Positions 1 to 8,164 of a stretch of 22,567 bases of DNA are shown here, piece by piece. The notes beneath the pieces are model-generated. The model ran no database searches, had not been told where the DNA came from, and saw only the letters and a program-made list of their open reading frames with translations. The stretch lies in IMG/VR virus record IMGVR_UViG_2537562194_000013; one strand, 5' to 3'. Within the stretch, counting starts at the first letter, position 1. Each line of letters starts with the position of its first letter. A program made the translations under genes and the position numbers. The stretch is from a virus. Lineage: Duplodnaviria; Heunggongvirae; Uroviricota; Caudoviricetes.

Positions 1-432
1 GATATCAACGTTATTACCAATTTTTACTCTTGAACCAGGCATGTCACCATCTATCTGTCCAATGGTAGTATTCTGTCGCAAAACCAGATTTTCACCAGCA
101 TCAACAGCAAAATGAACAACAATTCCAGTATGATGGGGAATTGTTAAACCTTTTCCAATATTTGCGCCCAATCCAATTTCGCAACCAAATCTGTTAATTA
201 TATTATTGTTTAACTTTCTGGCTGCTTTCTTATGTAATTTATTGCCATTAATATACATTTCATTAGCCAGTCTCCACCAGAAAAGGAAATTCCGATTGCG
301 CTGCTTCTTCTCTCTTAATAGTCGCCAAACATCCATTTTTTCACGCCTGATGATTTCAGCCATCCAGTAGCTCAATAGAGCTTTTGAATTCCCGAAGATG
401 ACAAAGTGAATAGCTATTAAGTAACATAACAT
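1..432 (-). CDS. Hexapeptide-repeat acetyltransferase (WcaB/CysE-like family), 5' part only; the gene runs off the left edge of the window
   Basis: Minus-strand frame is open from ATG at 432 to position 1, with an in-frame stop just upstream at 460-462. It was not in the supplied ORF track because it has no stop inside the window. Translation begins MLCYLIAIHFVIFGNSKALLSYWMAEII and ends with left-handed beta-helix hexapeptide repeats (RFGCEIGLGANIGKGLTIPHHTGIVVHFAVDAGENLVLRQNTTIGQIDGDMPGSRVKIGNNVDI) typical of serine/polysaccharide O-acetyltransferases. The region is clearly AT-rich compared with the rest of the window. Confidence 0.6.
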   Translation of the reverse strand, partial: MLCYLIAIHFVIFGNSKALLSYWMAEIIRREKMDVWRLLREKKQRNRNFLFWWRLANEMYINGNKLHKKAARKLNNNIINRFGCEIGLGANIGKGLTIPHHTGIVVHFAVDAGENLVLRQNTTIGQIDGDMPGSRVKIGNNVDI

Positions 433-902
433 ATTGCAACTGCCTATATTTTTTGGTTTCTATGGTTATATATTGACATTATAATTAAAACAATAATCAT
501 CAGTGTGTTACTGCGTTCCTGCTAAACTAAATCAACGCACAATGTAAACACAAATGTTAATTTTAAACTGAGCGCTAAAGGGATGTCAATATTGTATTGA
601 TAATGAGTTGCAAGATTGCCAACACTTTCTATATTTTTGGATGTAATAATTTATATTTTATCTATTTAGTGTTTCTTTAGACTTATTAAGGATGTCATTA
701 TTAATTTATGGCTTGCCATTTCTATACATATCTGTTAAAAATTTTGACTTGTTTGTTGAAAATAGATTTAATTGATTGGTTTATTTTTTACATGACGCTC
801 TTTAATATAGCTTCAGGTATATATAAGCACAATGCATTATTTCCAGAGGAAATTAACAAAATTGTTAGCTCTTATTTGTTGAGCTTATAGATATTAATTA
901 AG

Positions 903-921
903 GCCCGATTCCGGGCCTTTC
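903..921. terminator. GC-rich hairpin (GGCCCG-ATTC-CGGGCC) followed by TTT, at the boundary between the AT-rich island and the dar operon leader
   Basis: Perfect 6-bp inverted repeat with a 4-nt loop at 903-918. The flanking T-tract is short, so terminator strength is uncertain. Confidence 0.35.
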
Positions 922-922
922 C

Positions 923-1129
923 TCATTCCGGCTTTTCGGGAAACGTTACTGGAAGGATGGAGGTATCCGTGGATTCGACTTTCTGCGCATAGAGAATCCA
1001 CTCGGTTAATTTTTGTTTACCCTGAACGGAAATAATGCCTAGCCGTAACTGTGAGTCCCAGAGCTGAGTTTTATCCCTGACGAGCTGTAGCAGGCTTTGC
1101 TTTTCTTTTTCCGCTTGTTGTCTTTGCAT
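923..1129 (-). CDS. Possible small protein (68 aa), hypothetical
   Basis: This is the C-terminal 68 codons of the 165-aa track ORF 923..1420, starting at ATG 1129 (MQRQQAEKEKQSLLQLVRDKTQLWDSQLRLGIISVQGKQKLTEWILYAQKVESTD...). The composition is protein-like, unlike the upstream 97 codons, which are antisense to lydA. There is no convincing ribosome-binding site, so this is a weak call. Confidence 0.2.
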   Translation of the reverse strand: MQRQQAEKEKQSLLQLVRDKTQLWDSQLRLGIISVQGKQKLTEWILYAQKVESTDTSILPVTFPEKPE

Positions 1130-1161
1130 GACCGGTTGAGAAGTTACTTTGCATACCATTA

Positions 1162-1181
1162 CCTCCTGACAACGTAGGAGG
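1162..1181 (+). promoter_or_regulatory. Inverted repeat CCTCCT-N8-AGGAGG that includes the lydA Shine-Dalgarno sequence; possible translational control element
   Basis: CCTCCT at 1162-1167 is the exact complement of the AGGAGG at 1176-1181, which sits 6 nt upstream of the lydA GTG start at 1188. Confidence 0.35.
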
Positions 1182-1187
1182 GAACTT

Positions 1188-1517
1188 GTGCTTGACACAC
1201 AGGAATTAGCTCCAGTTGCTATTGCGCTCCTGCTTTCAGTAATTGGTGGGATAGGCACGTTCCTGATGGATGTCCGAGACGGTCGCCAGTCTGGCAATTT
1301 GTTGGGATTGGTTACGGAGATCTTTGTTGCAGTGACAGCTGGTGCGGTGGCGTACCTATTGGGGCAACACGAGGGCTGGGAGTTATCAATTACGTACTTA
1401 ATGGTAACGATAGCCAGCAATAACGGTCATGAGGTGATTTCAGGGATGAAACGAGTGAATATCGATAGCATTCTGAATGTTCTTACAAGTTTGGTGAAAA
1501 AGGGAGGTGGGAAATGA
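1188..1517 (+). CDS. lydA: Holin LydA (P1 dar-operon lysis determinant A)
   Basis: 109 aa, GTG start preceded by AGGAGG. Three hydrophobic helices (LAPVAIALLLSVIGGIGTFLM, LLGLVTEIFVAVTAGAVAYLL, LSITYLMVTIAS) and a charged C-terminal tail, which is holin topology. It is the first gene of an operon whose order matches the P1 lydA-lydB-hdf-darA-ddrA-ddrB arrangement. Confidence 0.7.
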   Translation: MLDTQELAPVAIALLLSVIGGIGTFLMDVRDGRQSGNLLGLVTEIFVAVTAGAVAYLLGQHEGWELSITYLMVTIASNNGHEVISGMKRVNIDSILNVLTSLVKKGGGK

Positions 1518-1957
1518 TTGGCTGGGGTGTATGCGCTCTTGCGTTAGCCTTAGCCGATCGCTATTTGCTAAAACGCAAGGACATCACGCATTTAGAACTT
1601 GGTGATGTGGAAATTAAACCGGGTTTCATCCGGGTGCCGTTCAAATACCGGTCTAAATTCCCGTTTTTGCGCGGCGCAACGGTCAGATATTGGATCCGCG
1701 ATGTTCAGAAGCCAACGACAGTGATTGAAGGCGAACAACGTTGTCTGACGTCGGCTGAACAGGGCGAAAACAGTGAATGGTTGTACATACCCACTGAATA
1801 TATGGGTAAAGGAGAACGGCTGTGGCATTTCAACGTCATGGTTACGCATGGCGACTCGTTCATTAACCCGTTGTATCGGATTTTCCCTGTTACTCAGCAA
1901 ATCCGCAGAAGTTACGTAATAAATCTCGCACAGGATGTGTCAGATGACGAAAAATAA
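1514..1957 (+). CDS. lydB: LydB (holin antagonist in the P1 dar operon)
   Basis: 147 aa. The start ATG overlaps the lydA stop (ATGA at 1514-1517) and follows GGGAGG. It has an N-terminal hydrophobic segment. Identification is by position and size relative to lydA and darA. Confidence 0.6.
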   Translation: MIGWGVCALALALADRYLLKRKDITHLELGDVEIKPGFIRVPFKYRSKFPFLRGATVRYWIRDVQKPTTVIEGEQRCLTSAEQGENSEWLYIPTEYMGKGERLWHFNVMVTHGDSFINPLYRIFPVTQQIRRSYVINLAQDVSDDEK

Positions 1958-2546
1958 GTATGCAACGGTCGATTTTGACCAGGTTAATGAAAAGGGGCTG
2001 AAATCCCTTATCGCGGCGATCAATAAAACCGGTGTTACGGTAATTGAGGTTGACTCCAGCAACCGCGCAACAACGAAAGATGGCGTTAAAGTTAAAACCG
2101 CAAAGCTGGTTCTTAACGACGGACAAATTCTTGCCATACAGGTAAACGATACTGGCGATATATCGTCTGTGAGGCTGAATGGAAAAGCTATTCCTAACGC
2201 TCAGTCGCCGGATATCAAGACGCTTGGTACCGTCATGGGGCAAGCGGCCCGCAAAAACTCCGCAAAATTCCAGAAATCACTGATCGCCAAAGCGAAACGT
2301 GTTGCCAATCCGGTAGACAAGAAACCGGCAGTAAAATCCAACTTTCAGCGCCTGCAAGAGGCAAAACAGCGGAATGCTCAGGTGGTTGCCGCTTATAAAT
2401 CAGCGCAGAACTCGGTGTCTTTCAATCAACAGCAGATCACTGATTTGCGGGCGAAGCTGGATAAGGAGACAGGCCGACTCAATAACGAAAAGGCCCGAAA
2501 TGGCGAACTCAAACGCCGTCTTAAGCAACTGAAAGCAGGAAATTAA
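1944..2546 (+). CDS. hdf: Hdf (homolog of DarA fragment), with a coiled-coil C-terminus
   Basis: The ORF is open from 1935; I prefer ATG 1944 (MTKNKY...), which has AGGA 9 nt upstream and overlaps the lydB stop. The protein shares a block with the downstream DarA ORF (KNSAKFQ motif followed by a K/Q/E-rich coiled coil), and the underlying DNA is repeated at 2254-2274 and 3151-3171. Confidence 0.7.
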   Translation: MTKNKYATVDFDQVNEKGLKSLIAAINKTGVTVIEVDSSNRATTKDGVKVKTAKLVLNDGQILAIQVNDTGDISSVRLNGKAIPNAQSPDIKTLGTVMGQAARKNSAKFQKSLIAKAKRVANPVDKKPAVKSNFQRLQEAKQRNAQVVAAYKSAQNSVSFNQQQITDLRAKLDKETGRLNNEKARNGELKRRLKQLKAGN

Positions 2547-2547
2547 C

Positions 2548-4467
2548 ATGGAACAGTTCAATATCAATAAAGGGGTGGCGATCAAGCCTGGGCTTGACGT
2601 GCTTCCCCCGCCAGTGACTGATGATGAATATCGCGCATTAATGGCCGGTGAGGACCGCTATCTGATGACGGAATCCAACACCCTGGAGGAAATCGAGGCT
2701 ACGTTCTTCTATGACACGCCGATCCACTGGTGTGCTACGGATTTACTGGAGGCGATTAGTTCTACTCGTTTGCAGCTACACCGGACCATGCAGGCATTTG
2801 TCCGGGCATTGAACCAGAAGCTGAATGGTACCGGAATCTCTGCGGGGAGTGATAAAACGGGGGACGTGGCCCAGAACGGTGCACGCGCGATCGGCGGGGC
2901 TGAAATTGGCCGGGCGCGTAACGTTAACGGGCTGCCGGTTCTGCCAGCCATTATTCCGCTCAGTGATGGTCAGACTATCAGCATTCTGTTTCATAGCCCG
3001 ACAGCGGAAAACCGGATCACCAATAGCGATACGCTGATTGCTTTCCAGTTCTTACTGAATAAAAAAGACGTTACTCATACCGTTGCTCCGATGAGTGGAC
3101 GTGATATGACGCTGGCGCAGGTCACCATGAAACTTGCCAACCTTGCAGAGAAAAACTCGGCAAAATTCCAGCGTGCGCAGAAGAAGAAAAAAGCCCTGGT
3201 TGATGAAATAACCCAACTACAGGCTGACAGTGACCAGAAAGAGGATGCCATGAGCGACCTCGCGGATCAGGTGGCAGCGGTAGAAGGCCAGAAGGCAGAT
3301 CTGGAGCAGAAAATTAACGTGGTTGCTTCGGAAGCGGATTCTCTTTATCAAGAAAATGAGCGTTTGCAGGCGGAGATTGATCAGCTCAATCGCACTGGTG
3401 GGCGCGATACCATTGCTCCTGCGGGGATGACTGGTGGGCACTCTCGCGCGCTGACGGATCGCCTTGCCAGTATCAAAAATCGTATGCATATGGACGGGGA
3501 AGCGACGCTCAGTAATGGTGCATCAATGAAGCAATTCATTGGGGATGGCGAAGGGTATATCCAGTTAACCGATCCGGATGGCAGCGTATACATGATCAAG
3601 GCTAAATCCATACAGGGTGTGGACATGGCAGAAGCGATCGGCAAGCTGTTTAAAGCCTATAAAGCGGGTAATGTATCGGAATATCTGGTCCAACCAGAAG
3701 AACATAAACCGGAAAACGTCGAACCTGAACCAGCGGAGGATACCGGTAGCTCTTCGCCTGAACCAGAAGTCTCTGTAGGTGCATATCGATATGCCCTGCA
3801 AATGCGTCCGGCGGCCCCTGGCGCAATACCTGAAGGTAACAAAGCAATTCTGCCGCGCCCTGATGAAGGTGACCCGTATTATGAATATGCACGCTACGGC
3901 ATTGCTACTTACGATACCCCGCTTTCTGATCAGCAAATGAGTGAGTACGACCTGAAGTTATTGCCTCGCGAGGATTCTTTCGACTTCCTGGCGAAGACAC
4001 TTACTAATGGTCCGTTTGGCAAATATGCACAAAAAGCTCTGGAGCTGGCCACCAGCTCACCAGACGAGTTCCGCGTAATGCTGAAAACTCAGTTTCAAAA
4101 AACTTTCCCCAATATTGCGTATCCGGGGGGCGCTGGCACCGAGAAAATGGTGCAGAGCATGATCAATGCATTGCAGGCCGAAGTCGGTGAGATTACTCAG
4201 CCAGAACCGGCCCCGGCACAGCCTGATGAAACGGTTAGCGAAGCAGATGCAGAGGCTAATAAAGCCATTGAATATCTCAATAACGTGATGGATATGCAAA
4301 GCACTGACATGGCGGAGATCCGTAACGCCCGGGGCAATGTCCGGGAAGCGATTGCAGCCCTTCAGGCTGCCGGACGTTTTGAGGAAAACGAAGAGCTGGT
4401 TAACGGCGCAGCTCGCCACCTGGCTGATCTGCTGGTAGCAATCCAGAAAGCGGGGGTAGCGGCATGA
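2548..4467 (+). CDS. darA: DarA (defence-against-restriction protein A precursor; head internal protein)
   Basis: 639 aa. ATG at 2548 follows AGGAA and sits 1 nt after the hdf stop. Size and position match P1 DarA. It has a central coiled coil and an acidic Pro/Glu-rich segment (PEEHKPENVEPEPAEDTGSSSPEPE). Confidence 0.85.
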   Translation: MEQFNINKGVAIKPGLDVLPPPVTDDEYRALMAGEDRYLMTESNTLEEIEATFFYDTPIHWCATDLLEAISSTRLQLHRTMQAFVRALNQKLNGTGISAGSDKTGDVAQNGARAIGGAEIGRARNVNGLPVLPAIIPLSDGQTISILFHSPTAENRITNSDTLIAFQFLLNKKDVTHTVAPMSGRDMTLAQVTMKLANLAEKNSAKFQRAQKKKKALVDEITQLQADSDQKEDAMSDLADQVAAVEGQKADLEQKINVVASEADSLYQENERLQAEIDQLNRTGGRDTIAPAGMTGGHSRALTDRLASIKNRMHMDGEATLSNGASMKQFIGDGEGYIQLTDPDGSVYMIKAKSIQGVDMAEAIGKLFKAYKAGNVSEYLVQPEEHKPENVEPEPAEDTGSSSPEPEVSVGAYRYALQMRPAAPGAIPEGNKAILPRPDEGDPYYEYARYGIATYDTPLSDQQMSEYDLKLLPREDSFDFLAKTLTNGPFGKYAQKALELATSSPDEFRVMLKTQFQKTFPNIAYPGGAGTEKMVQSMINALQAEVGEITQPEPAPAQPDETVSEADAEANKAIEYLNNVMDMQSTDMAEIRNARGNVREAIAALQAAGRFEENEELVNGAARHLADLLVAIQKAGVAA

Positions 4468-4829
4468 CACTATCAGCTATTGAGTTAATGGATCTCAGCG
4501 ATAAGTTGGATGCTCTGATGTCCAAAGCGGCTACCGCGAGTGGTATGGAGTTGCTGGATATCAGCGATGAAATTGACCAGATCATGCAACAGATGGGGTA
4601 CGGCGCGTCTGGCGGCGGTAGTGGCGAGGAGAAACAACCTTCGGAACATGATGGTGTGCCAAAACTGGTTGCTGATTTCCTGGCTGATAAATTCGTCGAT
4701 CAGAGCACCGATGCATTTATCGGTACCTTGCAGGATTTGAGTCAATATGTTGGCACATACATCGACCTGGACCAGGTTAAACAGCACACGGCGGCATGGA
4801 TAGCCGCCAACATTGAAGAGGCAGCATAA
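4464..4829 (+). CDS. ddrA: DdrA (small dar-operon protein)
   Basis: 121 aa. The start overlaps the darA stop (ATGA at 4464-4467). Position and size match P1 ddrA. Confidence 0.75.
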   Translation: MTLSAIELMDLSDKLDALMSKAATASGMELLDISDEIDQIMQQMGYGASGGGSGEEKQPSEHDGVPKLVADFLADKFVDQSTDAFIGTLQDLSQYVGTYIDLDQVKQHTAAWIAANIEEAA

Positions 4830-4841
4830 GGCGTAACAGGG

Positions 4842-7829
4842 ATGAGCTTAAGCGATCAGGTGGTAATGGCCACCAGCATAGAAACGCTGATCGAGCTGCT
4901 AAAGAACCTGCCCGATTATGGGCGGGTTTCGTATGTGGTGACAGCGAAGGGAGACGAGGTAAAAACAGCGTTTGATATCGTCGATGCCTCAGCTCTTTTG
5001 GTATCCAATACTCTGGATGGGAAAATTAATCCAGACTATCCCCAGGAACTTCAGCCGCGCGACCGGACCCGCGCATCCAGCCTTCTTCAGGTCAACCAGA
5101 TATCCAAGGATTTGCGTCCTGCCCAGCTTACCGATTCCGGTTTATCCAGCCATGGCGCGCCAATAATTGGTGAGGACAATGCCGTTGAGTCAGGTAATGG
5201 GCGGACCATGGGGATCATTAAAGCCTATCAGGACGGTAATGCGGATCGGTATCGGGAGTACCTGATTGAACATGCGACCGAATTCGGCATACGGCCTGAA
5301 AAGGTTGAATCAATGACGGCTCCGGTACTGGTGCGCCGCCGGTTAACGACGGTTGACCGTGTTCAGTTTGCCAAGGACTCAAATATTTCTGATCTCCAGG
5401 AAATGGCAGCCAGTGAAAAGGCTTTTGTTGATGCCGACAGCATAACACCGGCGATGATGGCGCTTTTTAACCCGTCAGAAAGCGGAGATCTGCTTAGCCG
5501 CAGTAATGACGCGTTTATTCGCGGATTTATGACGCAAGTTGGTGCCACACAGGCGGCTGGCCTTGTAACTGAAGATGGGCGACCAACACGGCAACTTGTT
5601 GACCGTATACAAAACGCGATCTTTGCCAAGGCATATAAGGATGCGCGCCTGGTAAGGATGGTTGCAGAAGAACCTGATCCGGATATGCGTAATGTTCTGA
5701 CGGCGCTTAATGCGGCAGCCAATGATTTTGTCCAGATGCAGGCTTTATCAGGAGAAGCGCACAAGCAGGCTGTGACAACCATTGTTGATGGTATTGAAAC
5801 AGCGGATAGCCTCGATAAAAAGGCGCTGGCGGCATTGAAAGATGCGGTAGACCTGGTAAGGCAATCGAAGGAGTCAGGCCAACATATTACCGATGTTATT
5901 GCTCAGGGGGATATGTTCAGCGAAACGGCCCCGGAAGTGAAAGCACTCGCGTTGTTCATCGTCGCGAATAACCGTAGCGCGAAGCGTATGGCCACCGCCT
6001 TTAAGTTGATGGCGCAACGTATCAATGATGAGTTACAGCACCAGGGCCAGGCGCTGGGGGATATGTTTGGCGGCGGCGATGTGTCGTTACAGGATATCCT
6101 TCGCCAGGTGTCTCAGGAACTGGAAAACGAAGGCATGCAAGGGATATCCGGCGGTCTTTTCGAGTCCGTTTCCGGCGGTAGTTACAACGGTGTTGCTCCG
6201 TATACCAGTTTGCTATTACATCGGGCATCCGGCATCAAAGACATTATTCATCTGATCAGGCTGCTTTCCCGCACAGATCCCCAGGATGAACAGCTTGTAC
6301 AAGTGCTTGCGCATTTTGTTCGAATGCCTGTTGCCGACGTGAAAAAATGGTGCCGATTATTCGGTATCAGCAATTCGTTACTTCGCGGCTTGTTAAATCA
6401 CGCATCCTCCCTTGGGCGCGATGGCTTTGACGAGATAGCGCAGGCGATAAAAAACGGAGATATGCCACCAGCTATTGACTGGTTTTCCATTCGCCCAACC
6501 AGGGTGAAAGCATTCCTTAGCGCGGCGCATTCGGCATCACCATTGGCAGAAATGGTTCAGAGGTTATCGCTCATATTCACAGACCATACCGCGTTGGGTG
6601 ATCTGACTCTGGACGAGATGAAGGAAGCCTCCATTCAGTGGGCCGATCAACAAAATGAGGTTAACTCAGACTTCTTGCCAGCATTCAGGAAGGCCGTTAG
6701 TAAAGCGGATGATGCCCGTGGAATTCTGAAGGCATTTAAGGCATTGCAAAGTCGTGTTAATAAACATGTCGGTGATATCGATGGGGTAACGGAGGAAGGC
6801 CGGGATATCCTTAAAGATCACGGCATAACGCCAGAGTTTATTGATGAGATCAGGACTGATATGCAGCGTGAGGTCGTATCGTCCCTGCAAATCGTAGCCA
6901 GAGCGTTGGCGGATGCTAATCCGAAGAGTGCGGCCATTGTTAACCGGGTTATTGGTGATATAGAAGCATCGGAGGGCATGGGGGCGCTGAAACTCTTCCT
7001 TTCGCGAGCGTTTAATCCTAACGGCAATATTCTCCCTGGCATTATTGGTGAGGCTAAAAAGTATGTCAGTGAAGAAGAACTTGAGCAGCTTGACCAACTA
7101 CTTAAGCGATTCTCATATAACCCGCAGACACGCTGGCAAATGAATCAGCGAAGTATGGGTTCGGTCCACGAGAAAGTGTTATCTGCCATGAACAGTGCGA
7201 TCGCAAACTCATCCGTATCTGAAGAAAAAGCTCTTGAGTGGGCCGACTCTTTTATCACAGAAGAAGTGGAAGAAGCCCGCGCTGGACAGAATGGTGGGAT
7301 AGACCTGCGCAAGGAACTTGCTGATATTTATCGCCTGACCGGCGGGAAAATATCGACCTTATCAAAGGTAGTTCACCACCAGGGAAGGGCATATGCAAAT
7401 CTAAATGGTGTTGTTGCTGTCAATTTGAACGATAAAAATGCAAGTGCACTGTGGCACGAGCTGGGTCATCATCTTGAGTACAGTAACCCTGGTTTGTTAG
7501 AGAAAGCCCGGTCATTCCTGAAGGCCAATGTTGAAGGGGATAAGCCATCATTCGTCAATATCGGTGGGCGTGGCAAGCCTGAATGGTGCTTCAGATCTCG
7601 ATTGAGTAATATTTATATGGCGAAGGTATACCCGCCAGCCTCAGTAAGTAATTCCGGGAAAATTCGGCAGAAATCACCGACTATTTCCAAAACGTCAGCA
7701 ACGGAAGTATTCTCTATGGCTCTTCAGTTGTATCATGACAAAGAGGCCGCTGCCGCATCACTGATGAATGGTGACGGATTGCTGGAACTGTTATTAGGTG
7801 TGGCAAAGGAGCTAAATAATGCAGATTAA
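4842..7829 (+). CDS. ddrB: DdrB (large dar-operon protein)
   Basis: 995 aa uninterrupted ORF immediately downstream of ddrA. Size and position match P1 ddrB. No catalytic motif was recognised by eye. Confidence 0.85.
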   Translation: MSLSDQVVMATSIETLIELLKNLPDYGRVSYVVTAKGDEVKTAFDIVDASALLVSNTLDGKINPDYPQELQPRDRTRASSLLQVNQISKDLRPAQLTDSGLSSHGAPIIGEDNAVESGNGRTMGIIKAYQDGNADRYREYLIEHATEFGIRPEKVESMTAPVLVRRRLTTVDRVQFAKDSNISDLQEMAASEKAFVDADSITPAMMALFNPSESGDLLSRSNDAFIRGFMTQVGATQAAGLVTEDGRPTRQLVDRIQNAIFAKAYKDARLVRMVAEEPDPDMRNVLTALNAAANDFVQMQALSGEAHKQAVTTIVDGIETADSLDKKALAALKDAVDLVRQSKESGQHITDVIAQGDMFSETAPEVKALALFIVANNRSAKRMATAFKLMAQRINDELQHQGQALGDMFGGGDVSLQDILRQVSQELENEGMQGISGGLFESVSGGSYNGVAPYTSLLLHRASGIKDIIHLIRLLSRTDPQDEQLVQVLAHFVRMPVADVKKWCRLFGISNSLLRGLLNHASSLGRDGFDEIAQAIKNGDMPPAIDWFSIRPTRVKAFLSAAHSASPLAEMVQRLSLIFTDHTALGDLTLDEMKEASIQWADQQNEVNSDFLPAFRKAVSKADDARGILKAFKALQSRVNKHVGDIDGVTEEGRDILKDHGITPEFIDEIRTDMQREVVSSLQIVARALADANPKSAAIVNRVIGDIEASEGMGALKLFLSRAFNPNGNILPGIIGEAKKYVSEEELEQLDQLLKRFSYNPQTRWQMNQRSMGSVHEKVLSAMNSAIANSSVSEEKALEWADSFITEEVEEARAGQNGGIDLRKELADIYRLTGGKISTLSKVVHHQGRAYANLNGVVAVNLNDKNASALWHELGHHLEYSNPGLLEKARSFLKANVEGDKPSFVNIGGRGKPEWCFRSRLSNIYMAKVYPPASVSNSGKIRQKSPTISKTSATEVFSMALQLYHDKEAAAASLMNGDGLLELLLGVAKELNNAD

Positions 7830-8133
7830 AATCGCAGCGCCATTAGGCGGAGATGCCATTATCGAATTTGATGATAATGAAGAAGTTTCCGGGCGTTTAA
7901 GCATTATCTCCGGTGACATTACCGAGGACATGATCGCTGAAGCCATAGCTGGGGCAAATCCCAATAGCTATATGGGATTCGTTAACACCCTTGATGCTCC
8001 CGCAAGTGATGTTCTCCGAACGCTGCATCTTTACGCTGGCTGGTTTGTTGATTGGCCAGCAGTAGAGGGTGGCGATGAGGACGACGATGATGACGATGAT
8101 TTTGGGGATCATGTAGACCAGATCGTATATTGA
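7819..8133 (+). CDS. Small, very acidic protein with a poly-Asp C-terminal tract; last gene of the dar operon
   Basis: 104 aa. ATG 7819 has AAGGAG 7 nt upstream and overlaps the ddrB stop, so it is translationally coupled. It has about 25 Asp/Glu against 3 Lys/Arg and ends EGGDEDDDDDDDFGDHVDQIVY. A strong terminator follows directly. Confidence 0.7.
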   Translation: MQIKIAAPLGGDAIIEFDDNEEVSGRLSIISGDITEDMIAEAIAGANPNSYMGFVNTLDAPASDVLRTLHLYAGWFVDWPAVEGGDEDDDDDDDFGDHVDQIVY

Positions 8134-8137
8134 AGAA

Positions 8138-8164
8138 ATCCCGCCAATCGGCGGGATTTTTTTT
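8138..8164. terminator. Rho-independent terminator between the convergent dar operon and the ssb operon
   Basis: 8-bp GC-rich stem (ATCCCGCC / GGCGGGAT), 4-nt loop, then a run of 7 T. It follows the stop at 8133 on the plus strand and overlaps the stop of the minus-strand gene at 8163. Confidence 0.85.

Noticed and set aside
708-890. 60-aa plus-strand ORF in the AT-rich spacer
   Set aside because: It lies in highly AT-rich non-coding-like DNA, has no ribosome-binding site, and the translation is dominated by AT-rich codons (Ile/Leu/Phe/Tyr/Lys). Most likely a chance ORF.
923-1420. 165-aa minus-strand ORF overlapping lydA
   Set aside because: The N-terminal ~100 residues are antisense to the lydA membrane protein and are low-complexity (Ser/Thr/Pro/Cys-rich). 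Only the C-terminal 68 codons look protein-like, and they are kept as a low-confidence feature.
2400-7097. Antisense track ORFs inside darA and ddrB (for example 3565..3936, 5363..5782, 6666..7097)
   Set aside because: Same reasoning: they lie inside long well-supported ORFs on the other strand and have no independent support.
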